Made by a program: the position numbers and the translations under genes. A DNA stretch of 38,586 bases, taken from Chlamydiota bacterium. Its GTDB lineage: Bacteria; Auribacterota; Tritonobacteria; UBA1439. The DNA lies in NCBI GenBank assembly GCA_037133055.1, contig JBAXOY010000015.1, positions 1-38,586 on the forward strand. Direction: 5' to 3'. A model generated the notes under the pieces. The model ran no database searches. It saw nothing but the letters and a program-made list of their open reading frames with translations, and had not been told where the DNA came from. This document shows, one piece after another, positions 9,308 to 18,431 of this stretch. How positions within the stretch are numbered: the stretch's first letter is position 1; each line of letters begins with the position of its first letter.

Positions 9308-9360
9308 TACAAAGAGCTCAAAAGTTTTTGTCATTGCCATTTGCAGTTTCTTCCTCATAC

Positions 9361-9531
9361 TCAATTGAACATCTGCGTATTTGCGAGTCCTTCCGTCAAT
9401 CTCATCACGTTCTCAGCTTCGGCGATCTCGTCATCTTCCTGGATCCCGAAAGCTTCCTGAGTTATAAACATGAAATACTCGCCGTCGAGGTGCCTTCCTG
9501 CGTCTTCCGCGGCCCTGCAGTAGCCGTCCAT
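9361..9531 (-). CDS. small acidic hypothetical protein (56 aa)
   Basis: Hand translation MDGYCRAAEDAGRHLDGEYF...QMFN*, preceded by AAGGAGG; below the ORF track cutoff. Confidence 0.65.
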   Translation of the reverse strand: MDGYCRAAEDAGRHLDGEYFMFITQEAFGIQEDDEIAEAENVMRLTEGLANTQMFN

Positions 9532-9543
9532 CACAGCCTCCTT

Positions 9544-9765
9544 TCATTTGTGCTTTCGCGTGATATCCTCTTTGGCGGAGGAATATCCCACCTTCCCCTG
9601 GCGTAACCACTTATCGACCTCGGACTGATCAAATCGGATAGCCCGGCCGATCCTGAGGCCGGGAAGTTTTCCTTGTGAGTTGAGAATATAGATGCGAAGC
9701 GGTTGAACTTTTAGGTATGCTGCTAGTTCGCGGACGGTCATTAGCTTATGTATGGGCTTTTCCAT
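9544..9765 (-). CDS. Cro/excisionase-like HTH_17 DNA-binding protein
   Basis: LMTVRELAAYLKV...IY...GKLPGLRIGRAIRFDQSEVDKWL; divergent from the repressor. Confidence 0.85.
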   Translation of the reverse strand: MEKPIHKLMTVRELAAYLKVQPLRIYILNSQGKLPGLRIGRAIRFDQSEVDKWLRQGKVGYSSAKEDITRKHK

Positions 9766-9780
9766 TTTTTAATCGCCCAT

Positions 9781-9809
9781 ATTATAGCCGACTATAGCCA
9801 TATAGTCAA
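9781..9809 (-). promoter_or_regulatory. sigma70-type early promoter with overlapping palindromic operator
   Basis: Minus strand TTGACT (9804-9809)-17 bp-TATAAT (9781-9786); palindrome GACTATA-GCCA-TATAGTC at 9790-9807. Confidence 0.8.
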
Positions 9810-9913
9810 TATAAAACGATAGATGAAGATAAAAAAAGAATAGTAGTGCATAAACGTACTTATACGACTAATTGACTCTATGTATTTTGCGAGTGCCTTA
9901 ATAATGGGAGGTG

Positions 9914-9919
9914 TATAAT
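9914..9919 (+). promoter_or_regulatory. -10 box of putative leaderless repressor promoter
   Basis: TATAAT 6 nt before ATG 9926; no good -35 at canonical spacing. Confidence 0.5.
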
Positions 9920-9925
9920 TTCGCT

Positions 9926-10339
9926 ATGAAGAAAATACTCGGAGAGAACAAGCTGGCGAAGGAATTCGGGGCAAGATTAAAAGGGCTCCGCATCGAGCAT
10001 GGACTTACTCAGGAAGGGCTCGCGAAAAAAACAGGCCTGTCATTCTCAGCCATCAACCAGATAGAGAACGGGCACAAATTCCCACGCCCACTTACACGTC
10101 GGAAGCTTGCCGAAGCTCTTGGCGCTGATGACCTACTCAATAAATCTCCAGATAAACCGCTCGTGACAGCCGGTGGACCGATTCTAAGTCAATTACGGAA
10201 AGAGATAGAGCACTTTGATGTCATCCGACCGTCCCCGGATATCGCCATCTTTGTAAATCCCGATACTCCTATCGAACAAAGAAAAATTATCCAAGAGATG
10301 GCTGTGGAGATGCGTAGACGACTAAAGGAGAGCAAATAG
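9926..10339 (+). CDS. CI-like XRE-family repressor
   Basis: FGARLKGLRIEHGLTQEGLAKKTGLSFSAINQIENG HTH; alternative GTG start at 9911; no S24 peptidase domain evident. Confidence 0.85.
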   Translation: MKKILGENKLAKEFGARLKGLRIEHGLTQEGLAKKTGLSFSAINQIENGHKFPRPLTRRKLAEALGADDLLNKSPDKPLVTAGGPILSQLRKEIEHFDVIRPSPDIAIFVNPDTPIEQRKIIQEMAVEMRRRLKESK

Positions 10340-10423
10340 CCGGGCGATTATGTCATCGTGCTATCACGTAAGAAGATTTACAATGCCGCGTAATGCCTTC
10401 TCCTTCCTCTAAGGAGGCCCATC

Positions 10424-10573
10424 ATGAAGCATGCTCCGTCCCTCTTGGCCCTCGCACTGATAAGCGCTTTCTTCAGCACTGCCTCCTTAGGGCAATTTGC
10501 TAATACTCCGTGGCCGATGTTCCACCATGACGCACGGCAAATCTATTACCGAGAGGCAAGATGCTTTTCTTGA
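10424..10573 (+). pseudogene. truncated secreted PQQ/BamB-repeat protein remnant
   Basis: AAGGAGG RBS; MKHAPSLLALALISAFFSTASLG-QFANTPWPMFHHDAR then unrelated sequence and a stop at codon 50. Confidence 0.65.
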
Positions 10574-10627
10574 GGCCTCCACAATTTTCACCCTAAAATA
10601 GCGATTCAGGGAAAGAACTTATCTGAT

Positions 10628-12256
10628 ATGGATCCGGCTAACCAAGATTTTAAATTGGAAATACGATTCGCCCAATCAGCCTCGATAAATTACGAAAGAG
10701 CACTGAAGCTGGCCGCGAAGTTCAGTTCTTACCGGCCTGATCCAAAAGCCCAGTCAAATCTTGTTCTGATCGGATCAGATGAATTCTTTCAGAAGTCCAC
10801 TATCATCCAAAACCTTTACGAGACTATCAAGAATTGGAAATCCACCTCAATAAAGCTGAACGGGAACATCATCGCTTTCAATGAAGTCATGCACCATTAT
10901 CCGGCCATAGAGTGCTATGGTCGGTATAAACGCGCCGTCATTCAGGACAGGTATTGCCTCGACTATCACGGCAGGGAAGGCTGGGGCTGCAACCTGCTGA
11001 CATCGATTGAACGCACAATGTCAGCACACGCATATTCATTTTCAAGAACAGAGTATTGGTTCTCCTTCGGATCATTTGTCTCCGAGTATATCTGGAAAAT
11101 CGACAAAGACAGACTTCTCTCCTATCTGAAAAGAGAAGCCACACTTAAAAACCTCCACATATGTGAGATCTTCTCCCTCGATAGGGTGGCATCAGTCGTG
11201 AACAGTCTTCCCGACACGATAAATGTTAAGGATTCGGATCTGTGGTCTATCGATTACGACGAGGGGATCGCCGGTGATACGAAGGAGAAGAAAGCGGTCG
11301 GGGTGATCCCCAAAAGCATACAGGAGGAAAGAGAGTCCAGGCACCGGCCTTACGGCATCGGGATCACCCTGAGGGCATCTGAGCCATCGCAAAACGAGAA
11401 CCCTGATATACCGCAGACCGATAAAGACAATGTACGTACCAGGCATATCCCGGAAGTCTACTTCTCCGATATAGGCGGCATCGATGACATAATAGGGACA
11501 ATACGGGAGGTTATAGAACTTCCTATCAAGCGTCCTGACCTGTTTAAATATATGGGTATTAAGCCGCATAAAGGCGTTCTTCTGCATGGCCCCCCGGGTT
11601 GCGGAAAAACACTGATAGCCAAAGCTATTGCTAGCGAGATCCGCGCGCACTTCGCATCGATAAAAGGTCCGGAAATAATCAGCAAATGGCATGGCCAGTC
11701 CGAAGAGAATCTCCGCGATATTTTTGAAGAGGCACGGGACCTCGCCCCCTCCATAATCTTCTTTGACGAAATCGATTCTATAGCCCAGAACAGGTCCGAT
11801 GATGAAACGCTGCGCTTTGACTCGAGGATAGTAAATCAACTCCTGACTTTAATGGATGGGATAGAGGATTACGGCAATGTCCGGATAATCGCTTCGACGA
11901 ACCGGATTGACCTTATAGACCAGGCATTGCTGCGGCCAGGGAGATTCGACTACACGATAGAAATAAACAGGCCAACGAAGGAGGGTTGCAGGAAAATATT
12001 TGAGATATATACGAAGGGAATGCCCATCGAAAACAGTGTCAATATTATCGCATTTAGCGAAAAACTGATCGGCCTTACCGGAGCGGATATATCCTTCATC
12101 GCGCGGGAAGGCGCCTATAACTGCTTGAGGCGATGCATTGATATGAAGCGGTTGTTACAGTTGGATGCTAGCGAACATATCGACTACAGCCCTTATAAGA
12201 TAAGCGAAGATGATTTTTTAGTAGCACTAAATAAATTCAAGCCGGATTCCATTTGA
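10628..12256 (+). CDS. AAA+ ATPase (CDC48/VCP-like single module) with uncharacterised N-terminal domain
   Basis: FSDIGG, GPPGCGKT, IIFFDEID, ASTNRIDLIDQALLRPGRFD, GLTGADI; possible promoter TTGAGG-18 bp-TAAAAT at 10570-10599. Confidence 0.9.
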   Translation: MDPANQDFKLEIRFAQSASINYERALKLAAKFSSYRPDPKAQSNLVLIGSDEFFQKSTIIQNLYETIKNWKSTSIKLNGNIIAFNEVMHHYPAIECYGRYKRAVIQDRYCLDYHGREGWGCNLLTSIERTMSAHAYSFSRTEYWFSFGSFVSEYIWKIDKDRLLSYLKREATLKNLHICEIFSLDRVASVVNSLPDTINVKDSDLWSIDYDEGIAGDTKEKKAVGVIPKSIQEERESRHRPYGIGITLRASEPSQNENPDIPQTDKDNVRTRHIPEVYFSDIGGIDDIIGTIREVIELPIKRPDLFKYMGIKPHKGVLLHGPPGCGKTLIAKAIASEIRAHFASIKGPEIISKWHGQSEENLRDIFEEARDLAPSIIFFDEIDSIAQNRSDDETLRFDSRIVNQLLTLMDGIEDYGNVRIIASTNRIDLIDQALLRPGRFDYTIEINRPTKEGCRKIFEIYTKGMPIENSVNIIAFSEKLIGLTGADISFIAREGAYNCLRRCIDMKRLLQLDASEHIDYSPYKISEDDFLVALNKFKPDSI

Positions 12257-12812
12257 TTAAGTCTATTGCTCACCACTGTAACGGAAGGGTTCCTAGAATG
12301 AACGGTCTGCCGGCTCTGATCCCTCCCCCACCTATACTGGCGGGATGGATCCAAAGCCCCCTGAAATCATCATCATCTACGACGGCGAGAAGATCATCAT
12401 TGTCGTTCGCTAACAACGAAAGCATTTTAGGCTTAATCGCACTACAAAGCCGAAGGGAATTGTGTGCCCATAACGCCCCGCATGATAGTTCTCATGATCT
12501 CTTTCCGATGGCATGTAACCGTAATTCGGTGCCTTAGATGGACCCAATTACATTCATTCTCCCCTTAAGGCGTGAATGGGCTTACTCAGAATACCCACGA
12601 TCAATCGCGCTGAAGATGCGCAGCGGGAGTGACACACCGTAATGACTCGTTCGCACCGACACCGATCAATATCCCTCAGTCAATAGCCGAGGTCTAACTC
12701 CTTATCGCCACATGGCGATTATTCTCGAAGTTTGTTTTCAAATATGGTATTTTATCGCGAAATGACGAGCACGCCGGTTCTAATCCGAAGACAAGAGAGC
12801 AGCCATGTAACT

Positions 12813-13838
12813 ATGGGACACAACCGGAGAAAAGCAGTACAGAATTCGCGAGAGGAAGCGCCTCTACACTATACAGTCGTGTCCCTTTTCGCGGGTTGCG
12901 GAGGCATGGACTTAGGCTTTCTCGGTGATTTTCGATACCACGGCCATCACTTTCAAAACCTTGCATTCCAAGTTCTTGCCGCTTATGACCACGATCCCAA
13001 ATGCGTAACGACTTATCGTAATAACATCGGTGCGCATATCCACGAAGCCGACCTGTCGCATTTCGACCGCGTCGCCGTTCCTCCCGCAGATGTCCTCATA
13101 GGAGGTTTCCCGTGCCAGGATTTCTCTAGTTGCGGCCCCAAGAAGGGCCTCTCTTCAAAGCGCGGGCAACTCTACCAAGTGCTCCGCAGATACATGAACA
13201 AGTACAGTCCTCGTGTTGTAGTCGGCGAGAATGTGCCTCACCTCGCGAGAATGAGCTCTGGCTCGGTACTCAATACCATACATGAGGATCTCGAAGGCGA
13301 TGATTATCACTTCGTAATCTGGACCCTGTACGCCCCCGACTATGGCATACCCCAGAGGAGAACACGGCTTTTCTTAGTCGGCGTTCACAACGACATCTCG
13401 GGTTTCCCCGAGAAACCCCCAAAGACGCATACAGAGGATAACTACCTCTCGATCGACTGGGCGATTAAGGACCTTGTGACGGTCAGTGACGAGTCCATTC
13501 CAAACCAGAGCCAATATTTTTTGGCCTCCAAAGCCAAACGAGGGAACGGACAAGGCGATGAAAAGAATCACTCCGGCAGCCCGGCATACACCATCCGCGC
13601 AAACGCGAAATCCAGGGTTCAGTTCCATTATAGCCTGCCACGCCGCCTCACCGTTCGGGAATGCGCCCGCCTTCAGACATTCCCAGACAGCTTCGCATTT
13701 CCGCATTCGGCTACGACCAACATCATGCAGATTGGAAACGCGGTGCCTCCGATCCTTGCCTATCATGTCGCGCGTGCGATAGAGCGTTTTCTGAAACAAA
13801 TTCCGGACTCTAAGACCGCGAAGAGAGGTGCCAAATGA
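12813..13838 (+). CDS. DNA (cytosine-5) methyltransferase
   Basis: SLFAGCGG, GGFPCQDFS, ENV, PQRRTR, RECARLQTFP, QIGNAVPP; exact start uncertain (12732-12813). Confidence 0.95.
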   Translation: MGHNRRKAVQNSREEAPLHYTVVSLFAGCGGMDLGFLGDFRYHGHHFQNLAFQVLAAYDHDPKCVTTYRNNIGAHIHEADLSHFDRVAVPPADVLIGGFPCQDFSSCGPKKGLSSKRGQLYQVLRRYMNKYSPRVVVGENVPHLARMSSGSVLNTIHEDLEGDDYHFVIWTLYAPDYGIPQRRTRLFLVGVHNDISGFPEKPPKTHTEDNYLSIDWAIKDLVTVSDESIPNQSQYFLASKAKRGNGQGDEKNHSGSPAYTIRANAKSRVQFHYSLPRRLTVRECARLQTFPDSFAFPHSATTNIMQIGNAVPPILAYHVARAIERFLKQIPDSKTAKRGAK

Positions 13839-16198
13839 CTCAATACATTGACATAACCCCAACAGCCAGAGTGCTCCGTGTCCTCGGCGAAATCCCTTTC
13901 GAGCCCTGGCAGTGCATCGCCGAACTGATGGACAACTCACTCGACAGCTTCATGGACGGCGAGGGCAACTCGATAGCGGAAAAGCGGATCATCGTTTCGT
14001 GGTCAGGCCCCAGTGTCAGTGACGCCGACAGCTTGTTTGAGGTGCAAGATACTGGCCCCGGCATGGACCTTCCCACGCTCAAGGACTGCGTCAAAGCCGG
14101 ATACACCTCGAACGACCCTGTAGGCCATCTCGGCCTTTTCGGTATGGGCTTCAACATTGCCACCGCAAGACTAGGCGATAAGACAACTATCTACTCCGCG
14201 ACCGAGCAGGCCGCCGAATGGGTCGGTATCGAGATTGATTTCGCGAAACTGATCCGACAGGGCTCGTTTCACGCTCTTGTTGTTTCTGAACCCAAGAGGC
14301 GTCACGACGAACATGGCACCAAGATACTCGCGACAAGGATGAAGCCCGGAATTGTCGCTCAATTACGATCACAAGAGGCTAATGTACGTCGCCGACTCGA
14401 GCGCGTGTACACATCAATCCTACAGGCGTCTGATGTTTCAGTGATGGTCCAGAATAAGACTCTTGTCGCGAAATCGCGCTGCACTTGGTCTCCATCGCGA
14501 TACGTCTCATCTTACTCTGGGACTCCCACTCCGGCGATACTTACGATTGACCAGGCTTTTTCCGAAGCCTTTTTTGACACTCAACTGAACCGCTACCTAA
14601 CCCCAGAAGAAGAAGTCGCCACATTGCGACTGCTCGACAGCGCAGGGCAGCCCCCGCTCGGAATTGTTCGTCGCGCCAAGAGGGTCCATGGATGGCTCGG
14701 GATCCAGCGATATGCGGATCCGGACGACTACGGTATCGACTTTATCCGAAACGGCAGAAAGATCCTCATCGGTGACAAATCACTCTTCTATTTTGAGAAC
14801 CCATTCACAGGAACCCGTGAAGTTGAATACCCACCCGAGTTAGCAACAACAGTCGGCGGTAGAATAGTGGGCGAAATACATATCGACCACATTCCCCCGA
14901 ACTACCAGAAATCCGACTTCGATCGATCAGATCAATCATGGTTCGAGATGGTCGAGTGCCTTCGAGGATCAGGGCCAATTCTTCCAAAGAAGAGGAAGCT
15001 TCTCGGGTATGAGGGCGAAAACGAGTCACCTCTCGCCAATCTAATCAGCGCATATCGACGTCCCGACGCCGGCACTCGCTACCTAATGGCCCCGAACTCT
15101 CAGGCAAAAGAATGGGCGAAGGCGTTCTACTCGGGAGACGCAGAGTACCAATCGGACGACAAATGGTGGACAGCCGCGCAAGAAGCGGATCGCGCTCGGG
15201 CCGACCGCGGATCAGAAGAAGCTCCACCTGTCGATTCTGGAAAGACCACTACGGACGACACGGGGTCATACGCGCCGGGTGGCAAGCCGATTCCTCCTCT
15301 AACCGCTCCGGCAGCGCCACCAGCAAGGACAGAACCCAGTCCCGTCTCGGAACCAACCGCAGCCTCCTTGAAAACGCATTCCACACTCATAAGCATGCAC
15401 TCCGGAGAGTATCGCTACGACCCTGATCGCCCCGCCATAAGGGTGAACGTATGGGAGCTCACGGACGGTATCATTGGTCACGGCGAACCAGGACTGCCCT
15501 GTATCCGCTTCACTGACGGCATCGAATGCGACTTCTTTTTCAATCCGAGGCATCCGTTCCTCGTCAGCTACCCAATTGGATACAGAGAACTGCTACTCCT
15601 CTATCTATCTGACCACTTCAAGGTCCGCGACCGTGATATCGCTAAAGACATCACCTCAGTGTTCGTCGGACTGATGACCAGTAGATTCGCGGATACCCGC
15701 ATTGACCAATCAGTTCTCATCGAGAAAGCTCATGCCGTCTTCGACACGCTTAGGGAGAAAACAACATCCCTCCTGGCGGTTCGGGAGCAACAGGTCATCG
15801 AGTTCATCCACGAATCTGCCGGAGATGTCGAGGAGACCATGAGCGGCCTCATCCACAACCCTTCACTCCTTACCAAGTTCCAACGCCGCGAGGTAGGCTC
15901 CATCGCCGCGATCTCGGCCGTACCCGCGAGGGCACTCGTTCGCCTCGTGGATAAGATGCCTGAGGAATTTTTCGATGGCAGGGTCTTCTCTACACCGTAT
16001 TCGTCCATCCAACTGCCCGACTCCAAAGCCACAGAAAGGCTCAGGGCGGAAGCCAAGGATCGGATTCTCTCCTATCTCAAAGACGCCCTATGGGCTCTAA
16101 ACGAGAGCCAGCGTTCGGCCTCCAACCAACGCAGGAAAGATGAGCTCTCGCGCTGCCTACACAGCATCAACTTCCTAGACCAGGAGTTGGTCGATTGA
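13835..16198 (+). CDS. MORC/GHKL (HATPase_c_3-like) ATPase with long C-terminal extension
   Basis: AELMDNSLDS (N box), DTGPGM (G1), GLFGMGF (G2), HGTKI (G3). Confidence 0.85.
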   Translation: MTQYIDITPTARVLRVLGEIPFEPWQCIAELMDNSLDSFMDGEGNSIAEKRIIVSWSGPSVSDADSLFEVQDTGPGMDLPTLKDCVKAGYTSNDPVGHLGLFGMGFNIATARLGDKTTIYSATEQAAEWVGIEIDFAKLIRQGSFHALVVSEPKRRHDEHGTKILATRMKPGIVAQLRSQEANVRRRLERVYTSILQASDVSVMVQNKTLVAKSRCTWSPSRYVSSYSGTPTPAILTIDQAFSEAFFDTQLNRYLTPEEEVATLRLLDSAGQPPLGIVRRAKRVHGWLGIQRYADPDDYGIDFIRNGRKILIGDKSLFYFENPFTGTREVEYPPELATTVGGRIVGEIHIDHIPPNYQKSDFDRSDQSWFEMVECLRGSGPILPKKRKLLGYEGENESPLANLISAYRRPDAGTRYLMAPNSQAKEWAKAFYSGDAEYQSDDKWWTAAQEADRARADRGSEEAPPVDSGKTTTDDTGSYAPGGKPIPPLTAPAAPPARTEPSPVSEPTAASLKTHSTLISMHSGEYRYDPDRPAIRVNVWELTDGIIGHGEPGLPCIRFTDGIECDFFFNPRHPFLVSYPIGYRELLLLYLSDHFKVRDRDIAKDITSVFVGLMTSRFADTRIDQSVLIEKAHAVFDTLREKTTSLLAVREQQVIEFIHESAGDVEETMSGLIHNPSLLTKFQRREVGSIAAISAVPARALVRLVDKMPEEFFDGRVFSTPYSSIQLPDSKATERLRAEAKDRILSYLKDALWALNESQRSASNQRRKDELSRCLHSINFLDQELVD

Positions 16199-17859
16199 GC
16201 TTCTTAGACAATGACTTCCTCAAAGGGACTGACTGGCGAGCTGTCGAAAGAGCCATCGCGCGCACCATGTCCCATTGTGGTTGGCATGACGTGCGAGTGG
16301 TTGGAGGTACGGGAGATGGCGGGGGTGACATTCTCGCAATTCGTAGCGAGGGTAGTCGTAACGCAGTTTTCGTAGTCCAGGTGAAAGCTGTCACCGGCGG
16401 CAATTATGTTGGACGCGCGGCTATCGAGGAAGTTAAAGATGCACTAACTCTTTACAGCGGTAACGTTGGCGTTGTAGCCACCAACGGAGACTTCGCCGAT
16501 TCCACGCTTCGTAGACGCGACGAACTGAATGCCGTTGGTTTTGACATACGCCTCTGGAACGGCGCGACCCTGGTTGATATTCTGCGCCAGTGGCCAGAGT
16601 GCCACCACGATAAATTCGTAGAACTGCGTCCATACCAACGCGATATTGTCGAGCTATGCTTGTCTCGCCATGCCTCCGGCCAGACCCGCTGCCAGTTTGT
16701 CGTGGCCACTGGACTAGGCAAGACCGCCATCGCCTCCGAGATTGTCGCGCGACTGCTCGCTGCAGGATTCAAGAGGGCGCTCGTGTTATGTCACCAGAGC
16801 GACCTCGCTTTGCAGCTTGAGCAAGCCTTTTGGCGACAGATTGGGAAGTCTATCCCAACTCGAGTATTTTTCGAAGGGGTCCCTCCCAAGCCCATTGATG
16901 GTATCAACTTTGGTCTCTACCAGACCTTGGTTAGTTACCTAAGTGGAATAAACCCGACAGAATATGACGTCGTCGTTATTGATGAAGCCCACCACGCTCT
17001 TGCCCATGGGTTCCGACGGTGCCTATCTCATTTACGCCCGCATTTCCTGATCGGAATGACCGCTACCCCCTGGAGAGGAGACGGCGCCAGCATTGAAACG
17101 CTGTTTGGACCCCCCGTCGCGCAAGTCTCTCTCGTCGAGGGTATGCAGATGGGGTTTCTGGCTAAAGTCGATTATCGGATCTTCAGCGACACAATAGACT
17201 GGCACGACCTTTCTCGTCACACACGTGGTCAGATGACCATCCGAGACCTCAATAAACGACTTTTCATTCCACAGCGCGACGAAGCTGTTATCGCCGAGGT
17301 GGCGAAGATTTGCCGAGAAGTACCGGATCCCCACGGCATTGTCTTTTGTGCCAGCGTCGAACACGCCGAGCGATTCGCCGAGTTATTGAGCACTCTTTCT
17401 CCAATGGCCTGCAAGGTCATATCGGGCATAGACAGACGGATCCGCCAACGTACTCTCATGGATTTCGGCGCCGGCCACATTCCTTTTGTCGCGGCCGTCG
17501 ATGTCCTGAATGAGGGTATCGATGTGCCGGACGTGAACCTTATCGTGTTTCTGAGAAGCACCCATTCGCGACGCATCTTTGTCCAACAACTCGGGCGTGG
17601 GCTTCGCATTTCTGAACGCAAGAAATCAGTCATCGTTGCCGATTTTGTGACCGATATCCGTCGACTGGCTGCGGTGATGGAAATGGACCGCGACGCGCGC
17701 GTTCCCCAGTCAAAGTACTGCACCCTTCGTTTCGACAGTGGAGTAGTTCGCTTCGAGGGAGGTCAGCCAATCCCCTTTGTGGACCAATGGCTAAAGGACG
17801 TAGCTGATTTGGCCGATGCCGACGAGGCCTACAAGCTTACATTCCCGGAGGATGTATGA
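16195..17859 (+). CDS. Mrr-like restriction endonuclease fused to SF2 (ResIII-type) helicase
   Basis: GDGGGDI...VVQVK (Mrr D-QxK); ATGLGKT, DEAHH, MTATP, EGIDVP, QQLGRGLR. Confidence 0.88.
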   Translation: MSFLDNDFLKGTDWRAVERAIARTMSHCGWHDVRVVGGTGDGGGDILAIRSEGSRNAVFVVQVKAVTGGNYVGRAAIEEVKDALTLYSGNVGVVATNGDFADSTLRRRDELNAVGFDIRLWNGATLVDILRQWPECHHDKFVELRPYQRDIVELCLSRHASGQTRCQFVVATGLGKTAIASEIVARLLAAGFKRALVLCHQSDLALQLEQAFWRQIGKSIPTRVFFEGVPPKPIDGINFGLYQTLVSYLSGINPTEYDVVVIDEAHHALAHGFRRCLSHLRPHFLIGMTATPWRGDGASIETLFGPPVAQVSLVEGMQMGFLAKVDYRIFSDTIDWHDLSRHTRGQMTIRDLNKRLFIPQRDEAVIAEVAKICREVPDPHGIVFCASVEHAERFAELLSTLSPMACKVISGIDRRIRQRTLMDFGAGHIPFVAAVDVLNEGIDVPDVNLIVFLRSTHSRRIFVQQLGRGLRISERKKSVIVADFVTDIRRLAAVMEMDRDARVPQSKYCTLRFDSGVVRFEGGQPIPFVDQWLKDVADLADADEAYKLTFPEDV

Positions 17860-18419
17860 GCATCAAAATACCGAAAGACGTGCGAGAGCCAATATCAGCG
17901 CGTGTATATGAACTCGCGGATGCGCACAACTACTTAGCTAAGGGCCGAATCGAAAACGGCGTTTTCATGGAACAACTTGTCGCTCACCATGAAATAGGTG
18001 ATATCCTCGCTAGGTACATCGCGAAGGATAAGATCAAAACCTACATTAAGGATGCGCTACTTAACAGATACGCAAAAGAACGGCGCGCTTATCCAGAAAC
18101 TATCGACGAACATTTGGCACTGGTATTTGGCCCCATTGCTGGAACGATTAGCTACATAGAAAGAGATCGGGTTTCAATTCATAGAGCGGCCAGCGGACAT
18201 GTAGTGTTTGCTGCTCGCGTGGGTTATCTCAAATGGGAGACTGGACTCCGCAAACTTCTTATTGCCGTCGCCAGAGCAAAAGGATTGTCCTCGAAGGACG
18301 TTGCTGGTTGCCACTACGCGCTACTCGTTTTCCAAGGTAAAGGACACGTCAACACTGCCGACAGGCAACTAGTGATAAAAGCGCTCAAAATCGCCGGGGT
18401 TGAGTGTATCTGGTGTTGA
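17856..18419 (+). CDS. hypothetical protein within the RM-like operon
   Basis: 187 aa; ATGA-coupled to the helicase gene. Confidence 0.75.
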   Translation: MSIKIPKDVREPISARVYELADAHNYLAKGRIENGVFMEQLVAHHEIGDILARYIAKDKIKTYIKDALLNRYAKERRAYPETIDEHLALVFGPIAGTISYIERDRVSIHRAASGHVVFAARVGYLKWETGLRKLLIAVARAKGLSSKDVAGCHYALLVFQGKGHVNTADRQLVIKALKIAGVECIWC

Positions 18420-18431
18420 ATCCAGTCTGAT

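Noticed and set aside
12253..12537. 94-aa ORF after the AAA+ ATPase
   Set aside because: TTG start, no clear RBS, no recognisable motif.
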